Assembly (NCBI RefSeq): GCF_000025685.1
Contig: NC_013967.1
Span: 450,001-482,000 of the forward strand
DNA length: 32,000 nt
DNA from: Haloferax volcanii DS2
Lineage (GTDB): Archaea; Halobacteriota; Halobacteria; Halobacteriales; Haloferacaceae
Direction: 5' to 3'
Positions 16,545-27,059 of this stretch are shown piece after piece. How positions within the stretch are numbered: position 1 is the first letter of the stretch; each line of letters begins with the position of its first letter. The translations under genes were made by a program, and so were the position numbers. Below the pieces are notes generated by a model, which was not told the origin of the DNA, did no database searches, and worked only from the letters and a program-made list of their open reading frames with translations.

Positions 16545-17234
16545 TCACCAGGGGGTGGTCCGGCCGACGCCTTCGGCGACGAGCGCCGCGGCGGCGACGT
16601 GAGCGTACGCACACCAGCCGAGCGCCAGGAGGGCGGCGACGCTCCGCGAAATCGTCGCCGCGAGCGCGCTCCACGCGAGGACGACGAGGACGGCCGCGCC
16701 CACCCACGCGAAGAAGTACGTCCCCGAGGCCGCCCCGCGAAGGGCGTCTCGCCGGAGCCCCGCGCGGAGTCCCTCGTGAACGCTCACGGCGGTCGCGGCC
16801 GGAAAGAGATACGCGCAGACGACCGTGACGAGCAGCGCGACGGTCGCGAGCATCGCCGTCGTCACGCCGGTCAGCACGGCCGGAATCGAGCCGGTCGCGG
16901 TCACGTAGCCGACGGCGACGACGGTGACCGCGGCCGGGAAGAGGTAGACGGAGGCGACGCCGACCACTCGCCCGGCGAGTCTGAGCGTCTCGGTCGTCGC
17001 CAGCGGGGGAAAGCCGTCGCCGGCGAGCACGCCGCCGACGAGGCCGAGGAAGACGACGAGGGGGACGACCGCGGCGAGCGCCGGGGCCAGAAACGTGAGG
17101 TCTGGCCAGAGTCGCGCTGCGAGTCGGAGGAGCGTCCCACCGACCAGCAGCGCGACGAGACACGTCGCGGTGCCGTCCACTCGCGCCCGGTCCGCGAACG
17201 GGTACCGGAGGGCGTCGACGAACACGTCACTCAC
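16545..17234 (-). CDS. Integral membrane protein (resembles DUF4013-type haloarchaeal proteins)
   Basis: It is 229 aa with a GTG start, an N-terminal ..ALRYPF.. segment, and about 6 hydrophobic segments. Confidence 0.65.
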   Translation of the reverse strand: MSDVFVDALRYPFADRARVDGTATCLVALLVGGTLLRLAARLWPDLTFLAPALAAVVPLVVFLGLVGGVLAGDGFPPLATTETLRLAGRVVGVASVYLFPAAVTVVAVGYVTATGSIPAVLTGVTTAMLATVALLVTVVCAYLFPAATAVSVHEGLRAGLRRDALRGAASGTYFFAWVGAAVLVVLAWSALAATISRSVAALLALGWCAYAHVAAAALVAEGVGRTTPW

Positions 17235-17701
17235 TCCGCGCGCGGTCGGTGACGCCGCGCGCCGGCAAGTCGTCGGCCGGGCTGAGCACAGGTCGGAACA
17301 CGGCTATTCGCTCGACGGCACCGCGCAAAAGGGTGTTGATCGCACGCCTGAGCGCATCCGACGCCGTCGCGCTCACGATGCGCGACGAGGGCGGAACGGT
17401 CCCGCGAGACTGGGACTCCGTTCGCGGTGACCGCGCCAGCGTGCGAGTGCGCCCCCCTTCTGACAGGCTCCCACGAGGCAGCTCCCGGCCGACGGACAGT
17501 ATCGTAATGAATATGATAGTTACTGCGACACGGTCGCCACCTCACGGTCGCCACGACCGAGTCCGTGCTGCCACTTCACACGCTTCAGTCGCCGTTTTAG
17601 AAGCGATAATCCGATATCGACAAACGTGATTTTAGGCCACACGAAAAATTGTTCGTTCTCGGATAAGTATTAAGTGCTCGCAGTCCCAACTACCAGTCGA
17701 G

Positions 17702-18232
17702 ATGAGCACACAGAAGTCAGTCCTCAAGGAAGCAGGCAGCGTCGGCGACAACCCGGTTCGACTCGACACCGAGAAAGCCGAGCAGATTATCGAAGCGCTG
17801 AACACCGACCTCGCGGACGCGTACGTCCTCTACCACCAGCTCCACAAGCACCACTGGAACGTCGAAGGTGCCGAGCACCTCCGCATCCACGAGTTCCTCC
17901 AGGAGGCCTACGAGGAAGTCGAGGAGGCCGCCGACGAAATCGCGGAGCGCCTCCAGTCCATCGGCGGCGTCCCCCACGCCAGCATGCCCGCGCTGAGCGA
18001 GGCCGCGACGGTCGAGCCCGAAGACGAGGACGTCTACGACATCCGCACCTCGCTGTCGAACGACCTCGAAATGTACGGCGACATCATCGAGAGCTACCGC
18101 GAACACATCGAACTCGCCGCGGGTCTCGGGGACCACACGACGGCGCACATGCTCCGCGAGCAACTCATCGAAATCGAAGAACACGCCCACGTCATCGACC
18201 ACTACCTCGAAGACGACACGCTCGTTCAGTAA
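17702..18232 (+). CDS. dpsA: Dps-like ferritin (DNA protection during starvation protein)
   Basis: ..ALNTDLADAYVLYHQLHKHHWNVEGAEHLRIHEFLQEAYEEVEEAADEIAERL.. carries the ferroxidase-centre His/Glu/Asp pattern of Dps. It is 176 aa. Confidence 0.9.
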   Translation: MSTQKSVLKEAGSVGDNPVRLDTEKAEQIIEALNTDLADAYVLYHQLHKHHWNVEGAEHLRIHEFLQEAYEEVEEAADEIAERLQSIGGVPHASMPALSEAATVEPEDEDVYDIRTSLSNDLEMYGDIIESYREHIELAAGLGDHTTAHMLREQLIEIEEHAHVIDHYLEDDTLVQ

Positions 18233-18353
18233 GCGCCGCCGCCGACGCGTCGGAGGACGCCGTTTTCGTTCCGACGTTCGACGCTTTTTCCCGCGACGCG
18301 TAGCTCCCGTACTCGTCGCGCTCGCGTCCCGAGCGCGCCCGTTCGAACGGGTA

Positions 18354-18521
18354 CTATCGCGTCACGTCGATAGTCACGTCGCTCGAAATCCAGCCGTCGC
18401 TGTTGCCCGACTCCATGAACACCGACTTCCCCGGTCCACCCTTGCAGACGGATATCTCGGGGGAGTCGGGTCGGTCGGGCTCCGACACGGATTCAGAGTT
18501 CGACTGCGTACCAGCGGCCAT
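18354..18521 (-). CDS. Small (55 aa) acidic hypothetical protein, not in the ORF track
   Basis: Hand translation gives MAAGTQSNSESVSEPDRPDSPEISVCKGGPGKSVFMESGNSDGWISSDVTIDVTR*. The composition is haloarchaeal-like, whereas the overlapping track ORF 18374..18595 is Arg/Pro-rich. The ATG lies 8 nt from the palindrome at 18530-18545. Confidence 0.45.
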   Translation of the reverse strand: MAAGTQSNSESVSEPDRPDSPEISVCKGGPGKSVFMESGNSDGWISSDVTIDVTR

Positions 18522-18529
18522 TGCGACGC

Positions 18530-18545
18530 TTTAGGGGGGCCTAAA
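18530..18545. promoter_or_regulatory. Perfect palindrome TTTAGGggggCCTAAA (candidate operator, copy 1)
   Basis: Seen directly. It overlaps the presumed promoter of the 55-aa ORF, and a T-rich box (TTTTTGTTTT on the minus strand) lies adjacent. Confidence 0.55.
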
Positions 18546-18629
18546 ACAAAAAGGGTACGGTTCCGTCGCGGCAAATTAGTGCCATTTGTTGACAAGCATC
18601 AAGGATCGTTCGGATTTACGCCGATGCGT

Positions 18630-19064
18630 TCAGCTCGCGGGGTTGTCCGGGGACGACGTCGATTCCGACCCAGCCGCCTGACGCGCTCCGTCGCGGTCGC
18701 CGTCGCCGCGAAGCAGCGTCGCCGAGAGGCGCTCGGCGACCGTCGGGCTGACGTTTCCGACTAGTTGCATCGCCTCGCCTTCGTGGTCGTTGACGCCGAG
18801 CACGTCCCGGCAGAACCGCGAGAGGATTTGGTAGGTGTCGTAGAGGTCCGCGGCGGCGTCGCGCCCCTCCGCAGTGAGCGTCGCGCCCTCGTAGGGCTCG
18901 TAGTCCACGAGTCCCTTGGCATCGAGGTTCTGGAGGCGCTCTGTCGCCGCGGGCGGCGAGCGGTCGAGCGCGTCTGCGACGTACCCCGGCGAAATCGGTG
19001 ACTCCTCGTCGTCCTCCCGCTCGGCGATGTACAGCGTGAGGAGATACTGCGGCGCGCCGATCAT
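18630..19064 (-). CDS. DtxR/SirR/Idr-family metal-dependent transcriptional regulator
   Basis: MIGAPQYLLTLYIAERE..SPISPGYVADALDRSPPAATERLQNLDAKGLVDYEPYEGATLTAEGRDAA...: a wHTH followed by a dimerisation/metal helix typical of DtxR-type proteins. It sits near dpsA. Confidence 0.85.
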   Translation of the reverse strand: MIGAPQYLLTLYIAEREDDEESPISPGYVADALDRSPPAATERLQNLDAKGLVDYEPYEGATLTAEGRDAAADLYDTYQILSRFCRDVLGVNDHEGEAMQLVGNVSPTVAERLSATLLRGDGDRDGARQAAGSESTSSPDNPAS

Positions 19065-19891
19065 ACGCGGCGGACGAGGTGGTCGCGCACGGCTCGCTGA
19101 CAGTCCGCGCAGCTGTCGTCCACGCGGGTCGCGGCCGCCAAGACCGGGTAGTCGGTCGCGCGGTCCTCGTAGAGGTACGTCGCGAGAAATCGGTGGTCAA
19201 CTTCGACCGCCGCGGTGTGGTGGGTCGCCCCGTTGAGGTGTCGCTGTCGCTCGCGGACCAGTCGGTCGCACGCCTCGCGGTGGCCGGCGAGCGTCTCGTG
19301 ACGCCGCCGGAGGGCGTCGAACCCCAGCTCCGAAAGCGGCGTCTCGTCCGCCCGTGCCACCCAGTCTTCGCACTCGTCCAGCACGGCGAGCGCCGCCCGA
19401 AGCGACCGCTCTTCGCCGTCGAGCGCCCGGCACATCCCGTCGAGACCTCGCTGTCGCTCCGTCGCCGCCGACACGACCGCCTCTTTGGCCGCCGGCGTGA
19501 ACCGGCTCCCGGCGTCCGGGGAGAGCGCCGTCGCGACCTCCGGGCCGAACTCCTCGCGTATCGTCACCGCGAGCGGTTCGGACTCGCTCACGTCGGAGAC
19601 GCTGTGCGGGCGTATCGTCTCCGCGAACAGCTCGCGGACCCGCCGTCGACCCTCGTCGGCGGCGTCGTCTCGTCGGGTCGCCGCTGCCACCGACGCGGTC
19701 CCGCACGCGGTCGCCCGGGTGGTCCCGGCCGGGGGGCGCGCCGACTGCGCGGCGAGCTTTCGCACGCGGCGTTCGAACCGCTCGACGGCCCGTCGCTTCG
19801 CCAGCACCTGTTCGCGCTCGCTCGCGACGCGGTCAAGCGCGTCTCGGACGTCCGCGGCGCAGTCAGCAACCACGTCTGCACCTCCGAACAT
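19061..19891 (-). CDS. Conserved haloarchaeal hypothetical protein (helical, Arg/Glu/Ala-rich; C-terminal Cys pair)
   Basis: The ORF track gives 19061..19918 with a GTG start. I prefer the ATG at 19891 (MFGGADVVADCAADVRDALDRVASEREQ..). Its stop overlaps the regulator start as ATGA. Confidence 0.65.
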   Translation of the reverse strand: MFGGADVVADCAADVRDALDRVASEREQVLAKRRAVERFERRVRKLAAQSARPPAGTTRATACGTASVAAATRRDDAADEGRRRVRELFAETIRPHSVSDVSESEPLAVTIREEFGPEVATALSPDAGSRFTPAAKEAVVSAATERQRGLDGMCRALDGEERSLRAALAVLDECEDWVARADETPLSELGFDALRRRHETLAGHREACDRLVRERQRHLNGATHHTAAVEVDHRFLATYLYEDRATDYPVLAAATRVDDSCADCQRAVRDHLVRRV

Positions 19892-20051
19892 CCGGCGCGT
19901 CCGACCGCGACAGTACACTCGGACCGGCGGGTTCGACGCCGAGGCAATCGCGCATGGTCAACACTCACCCGCGACGGTTCCGCCGCCGCACGCGAGCGCG
20001 CCGTGTCGGTTCGGTCTCGACGACCGGTGCGACTCCTTGTCGGCCATACCA

Positions 20052-20067
20052 TTTAGGCCAACCTAAA
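20052..20067. promoter_or_regulatory. Perfect palindrome TTTAGGccaaCCTAAA (candidate operator, copy 2)
   Basis: Seen directly. It lies 4 nt from an ATG at 20047 (minus strand) and about 160 nt upstream of the hypothetical/DtxR operon start. Confidence 0.55.
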
Positions 20068-20087
20068 ACAACATAGTGTCTTCGGTT

Positions 20088-20103
20088 TTTAGGGCATCCT
20101 AAA
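20088..20103. promoter_or_regulatory. Perfect palindrome TTTAGGgcatCCTAAA (candidate operator, copy 3)
   Basis: Seen directly. It is 36 bp centre-to-centre from copy 2 and overlaps the last codons and stop of the membrane-protein ORF. Confidence 0.5.
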
Positions 20104-20577
20104 CAGAGCTCGCACGGCGGTCGCGCGGTCACTCTTCGGGCCCGTCCGGTCGGTTCCCTTCGGGACGCCCCACCCGAGTTCGGTGAGCGACGCCACGCAG
20201 ACCGCCGCAACGACGACGTGCATCAGCATCAACACGAGGACGCCCGGCACGGTCGCTCCGGGGTCGACGTACAGGAGCCCGATGTCGGGGAGGAACGACG
20301 CCACGAGCACCGCAACCGCGACCCTGAAAAACGTCCGGTCCGCGTCGGTGACGCGGCCCGTGAGCAGTCCGTAGACGAGCGTCGCCGCGACCGCGCCGGC
20401 GGCCGAGAGGAACACGACCGGCGGGTACGAAAGTGGTGCGAACGGCTCGACGAGCCCCGTTCCGAGGACGAGCGTCAACAAGAGCGCGTTCGCGACGCTC
20501 GCGACCGCCGCGGTCGCCAGCCCGCGACGCGCGAGGTCCGTCCACGTCGGGCGGACCGAGGGTGTCACGGTTACCAT
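20089..20577 (-). CDS. Small integral membrane protein (4 predicted TM segments)
   Basis: This is the tail of track ORF 20089..21852, trimmed to the ATG at 20577 (MVTVTPSVRPTWTDLARRGLATAAVASVANALLLTLVL..). The upstream part of that ORF is antisense to aconitase and Arg/Pro-rich. Confidence 0.6.
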   Translation of the reverse strand: MVTVTPSVRPTWTDLARRGLATAAVASVANALLLTLVLGTGLVEPFAPLSYPPVVFLSAAGAVAATLVYGLLTGRVTDADRTFFRVAVAVLVASFLPDIGLLYVDPGATVPGVLVLMLMHVVVAAVCVASLTELGWGVPKGTDRTGPKSDRATAVRALFRMP

Positions 20578-20735
20578 GCTATGATGTAGCACGCAACGGG
20601 TGATGAATCTACGCGTCTTCGGTGACTCGTGACGCTCCGCGAGTCCGACGCGTGGGTCGAACGCGGTCGGGGTGGTACCCCGACTCAGTTCCCCGATTCG
20701 GCCCCCCGATGCAGTCCGCTGACTGCCTCCCGGCG

Positions 20736-23552
<2,817 letters not shown>

Positions 23553-23682
23553 GGTCGACCGATAGGGTCTCCGCGGGCTTGAATGCGGGACTCGTTCTCA
23601 CACCGTCGGAATCGGGGCGAACGCGGGGCGTCGCGGCTCTCGGAACCGTTTCGACGCCGGGGGTCGGCCGCCGCGACGCCGG

Positions 23683-24102
23683 CTACTCCTCGGGGACGCC
23701 CGCGACGCCGACGAACTCGTCGACCTCGTCTTGGACGTACCGGCGGACGCGCTCGCAGTAGTCCCACAGGAGGTCGTTGAACTGCTCGCGCTCCGGCTCG
23801 GTCAGGCTCTCGCCGCCCCGCGACCACGACGACGGAATCTCCGGGTGGCGGGTGCAGACGACCGAAATCGGGTGGTTCTTCGGATGGCCCATGACGACGG
23901 CGTACTCGTCCGTCCCCCAGAGCCCGTCGTCGCCGTCGCCCGCGAGTTCCGCGTCCACCTCGTCGAGAAGCTGCCGCTCCTCGGCCGTGACGGCGGCGTC
24001 GTCACCGGCGAACAGCTCGCGGTACGCCCGGTCGCGGGCCGTGTACGTCCACCCGTCGAGTCGCTCCCGCGCCTCGCGGAGGAGTCGTCTGTCAGCTTCC
24101 AT
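23683..24102 (-). CDS. Conserved hypothetical acidic protein
   Basis: Track ORF 23683..24420 trimmed to the ATG at 24102 (MEADRRLLREARERLDGWTYTARD..); an alternative ATG lies at 24129. The upstream part of the ORF is Arg-rich and overlaps the glutaredoxin gene. Confidence 0.6.
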   Translation of the reverse strand: MEADRRLLREARERLDGWTYTARDRAYRELFAGDDAAVTAEERQLLDEVDAELAGDGDDGLWGTDEYAVVMGHPKNHPISVVCTRHPEIPSSWSRGGESLTEPEREQFNDLLWDYCERVRRYVQDEVDEFVGVAGVPEE

Positions 24103-24200
24103 GCGTATCAAAAGGCGCGCCGAGGCCATAGGCGTACGCCCGCCTGAAGCGCGCGACCCCGGCGTCGGGTGGACCGCACCCGACGACGACTGTGCGTCGC

Positions 24201-24461
24201 TCACTCCCGCGCCGCCGTCAGCTTCTCCCCGAGTCGGTCGGCGTCGACGCGGAACTTGAACGCCGGTCGGCCGTCGACGTAGACGTAGGGCACGCGCTCC
24301 CCGTACTTCTCGCGGAGTTCCTCGTCGCTGTCGACGTTCACGAGGTCGATATCGACCGTGACATCCACCTCGTCTGCGACCTCGCGAACGGTCGCTTCGG
24401 CCTCGTCGCAGAGGTGACACTCCGTGCGCGTGTAGATGACGATGGGGACGGCGTCGCTCAT
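24201..24461 (-). CDS. Glutaredoxin-like small thioredoxin-fold protein
   Basis: It is 86 aa. VIYTRTECHLCDEA carries the CxxC active site and ..VPYVYVDG.. is typical of the glutaredoxin-like family. Confidence 0.8.
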   Translation of the reverse strand: MSDAVPIVIYTRTECHLCDEAEATVREVADEVDVTVDIDLVNVDSDEELREKYGERVPYVYVDGRPAFKFRVDADRLGEKLTAARE

Positions 24462-24716
24462 CGTCCGATGTCGTCGCCGCGGCCTGTTGAGTCTTCTCGT
24501 CGTATCTTATCAGATCACAAATTTGTTTCTGAATCGGGTCTGTTTGAGTTTTTAATCTAACAGTATCGGGTGTCAGAGTCAGAACTCGTCCGAGAAAACG
24601 GCTGACACCGGCGTCGTATACGTCTCACCGAATCGAATATGTTAATTTTCGTCTGTTGATAATACGTCGTAAATTTTCTAACTCAGAACCGAATACATAA
24701 CGAACGAGTACAATTT

Positions 24717-26132
24717 ATGACAGTCGATACTGACGCACCCGAGGCGGACGGTCGAAACCGGTTCGTCTACGTGACGGCCGCGCTCGCCGCCCTCAACGGA
24801 CTGCTGTTCGGGTTCGACACGGGCATCATCTCGGGCGCGTTCCTCTACATCAGAGACGCGTTCACGATGACGCCGCTGGTGGAGGGCATCGTCGTCAGCG
24901 GCGCGCTGGCGGGCGCGGCACTCGGCGCGGCGCTCGGCGGTTACCTCGCAGACCGATGGGGTCGCAGGCGGCTCATCCTCGTCAGCGCCGTCGTCTTCTT
25001 CGTCGGCTCGCTGGTGATGGCTATCGCGCCGACCGTCGAGGTGCTCGTCGTCGGGCGACTCATCGACGGCGTCGCCATCGGCTTCGCCTCTATCGTCGGC
25101 CCGCTGTATCTCTCCGAAATCGCGCCGCCGAAGATTCGCGGTTCGCTGGTCTCGCTGAACCAGCTCGCGGTCACGGTCGGCATCCTCTCGTCGTACTTCG
25201 TCAACTACGCCTTCGCCGACGGCGGGCAGTGGCGCTGGATGCTCGGCACCGGCATGGTGCCCGCGGTCATCCTCGCGGTCGGGATGGTGTTCATGCCCGA
25301 GAGCCCCCGCTGGCTGGTCGAACACGACCGGGAGTCGAAGGCCCGTGACGTGCTCTCGCGGACCCGCACCGACGACCAGATTCGGGCCGAACTCGCAGAG
25401 ATTAACGAGACCATCGAGGCGGAAGACGGCGGCCTGCTCGACCTCCTCGAACCGTGGATGCGCCCGGCGCTCGTCGTCGGCGTCGGCCTCGCCGTCCTCC
25501 AGCAGGTCACCGGCATCAACACGGTCATCTACTACGCGCCGACGATTCTCGAATCGACCGGCTTCGAGTCCTCGGCGTCCATCCTCGCCACGGTCGGCAT
25601 CGGCGTCGTCAACGTCGTCATGACCGTCGTCGCGGTCGTTCTCATCGACCGTCGGGGCCGCCGCCCGCTGCTTTCGGTCGGCCTCGCGGGGATGACGCTC
25701 ACGCTCGTCGCGCTCGGCGCGGCGTTCTACCTGCCGGGCTTTTCGGGATTCGTCGGCACGGTCGCCACCGGGAGCCTCATGCTCTACGTGGCCTTCTTCG
25801 CCGTCGGTCTCGGCCCGGTGTTCTGGCTTCTCATCTCCGAGATTTACCCGCTGAAGGTCCGCGGGACGGCCATGGGCGTCGTCACGGTGTTCAACTGGGT
25901 GGCGAACCTCGCGGTATCGCTCGCCTTCCCCGTCATGGTCGCAGAAATCACGACCGCGGGGACGTTCTGGGTGTTCGCGGCGCTGAGCGCCGTCGCGCTC
26001 GCGTTCACCTATCGGTTCGTCCCCGAGACGAAGGGGCGGTCGCTGGAGGCCATCGAATCCGACCTCCGGGAGAACGTGCTCGGCGGGTCGCCGGACGGGT
26101 CGTCGGCCGGGACCGTCTCTGACGACGACTGA
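24717..26132 (+). CDS. MFS transporter, sugar porter family (sugar:H+ symporter-like)
   Basis: It is 471 aa with 12 TM segments and the motifs GFDTGIISGA, DRWGRRR, PESPRWL, VIDRRGRR and PETKGRSLEAIE. Confidence 0.9.
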   Translation: MTVDTDAPEADGRNRFVYVTAALAALNGLLFGFDTGIISGAFLYIRDAFTMTPLVEGIVVSGALAGAALGAALGGYLADRWGRRRLILVSAVVFFVGSLVMAIAPTVEVLVVGRLIDGVAIGFASIVGPLYLSEIAPPKIRGSLVSLNQLAVTVGILSSYFVNYAFADGGQWRWMLGTGMVPAVILAVGMVFMPESPRWLVEHDRESKARDVLSRTRTDDQIRAELAEINETIEAEDGGLLDLLEPWMRPALVVGVGLAVLQQVTGINTVIYYAPTILESTGFESSASILATVGIGVVNVVMTVVAVVLIDRRGRRPLLSVGLAGMTLTLVALGAAFYLPGFSGFVGTVATGSLMLYVAFFAVGLGPVFWLLISEIYPLKVRGTAMGVVTVFNWVANLAVSLAFPVMVAEITTAGTFWVFAALSAVALAFTYRFVPETKGRSLEAIESDLRENVLGGSPDGSSAGTVSDDD

Positions 26133-26451
26133 GGGGACGCCGACGCGCGGCCCGACCTCTCGCGCGCTGGGCGGCGCGCCGCGGTCCGTCCTCAGCCTCG
26201 ACGATGCCCGTAACGTCGTCGCTCGCAGCACCGAGTCGTCGACGCTCGGGGGTCGCGGGTCGTGCGAATCTCCCAGTAGATGGTTCTTGTGGCCGACGCC
26301 CGGCTGACAGCTGTCGCCAATCCGCCCCGAAACGCGGGTGACGGGAGTCCTGTCGGGTGATTCGGTCGCGGTCGACGTTTTTGATTTCGATACCGGAGGC
26401 GAACCGTTGATATAGGAGAAGCGACCAGTCACAAACCGATCGAATCCTCGT

Positions 26452-26949
26452 ATGGCGACAACATCCGAACCCGGACTCTCCGAGACGCGTATTCACGAGG
26501 TACTGAGTAACGACCGCCGTCGGATGGCCATCGAGTACCTCCAAGACAGCGACCTGACGCTCCGCGAACTCTCGGAACGCATCGCGGAAGCCGAGACCGG
26601 AGAGTCGCCGCCCCCGCGGAACATCCGGCAGAGCGCCTACGTCTCGCTGCAACAGACCCACATCCCGAAACTCGCTGAACTGGATATCGTGAACTACGAC
26701 GAGGAGTCGAAAGTCGTCTCGCTGGCCGAGGCGGGCGACGTGACGGTCTACATGGAGGTCGTCCCCGAGGGCGAACTCTCGTGGAGCGAGTACTACGCCG
26801 CTCTCGCCGCGCTCGGCATCGTCCTCATGATTGCCGTCGCCGTCGGCGTCCCCGTCATCTCGGCCGTCGGCGCGCCCGGTCTCGGCTCGCTCGTCTTCGC
26901 CGTCCTCGGCGGCTCCGCGGTCTACCAGCGCTGGACCCAAGAGGACTGA
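26452..26949 (+). CDS. Winged-HTH protein with a C-terminal membrane anchor (haloarchaeal ArsR-like family, function unknown)
   Basis: ..HEVLSNDRRRMAIEYLQDSDLTLRELSERIAEAETGE..RQSAYVSLQQTHIPKLAELDIVNYDEE.. is followed by two hydrophobic segments. Confidence 0.7.
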   Translation: MATTSEPGLSETRIHEVLSNDRRRMAIEYLQDSDLTLRELSERIAEAETGESPPPRNIRQSAYVSLQQTHIPKLAELDIVNYDEESKVVSLAEAGDVTVYMEVVPEGELSWSEYYAALAALGIVLMIAVAVGVPVISAVGAPGLGSLVFAVLGGSAVYQRWTQED

Positions 26950-27059
26950 CGCGCCTCGTCGCCCGGCTTTTCTGCCGAGCCCTTCGAACTCGACCGGCCG
27001 CTCTCCCGTCGGTATCGGTCGGCGGTGAGATTTAGGTCGCAGCCGCCACGATTCGGCGT

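Noticed and set aside
17249-17629. 126-aa (+) and 107-aa (-) ORFs in the dpsA upstream region
   Set aside because: They are basic, Arg/Ser/Thr-rich, mutually antisense, and have no motifs. I treat the region as non-coding or regulatory.
24678-26432. 584-aa minus-strand ORF antisense to the MFS transporter
   Set aside because: It is an Arg/Asp/Glu/Pro-rich mirror of a GC-rich membrane-protein gene. The MFS motifs on the plus strand are decisive.
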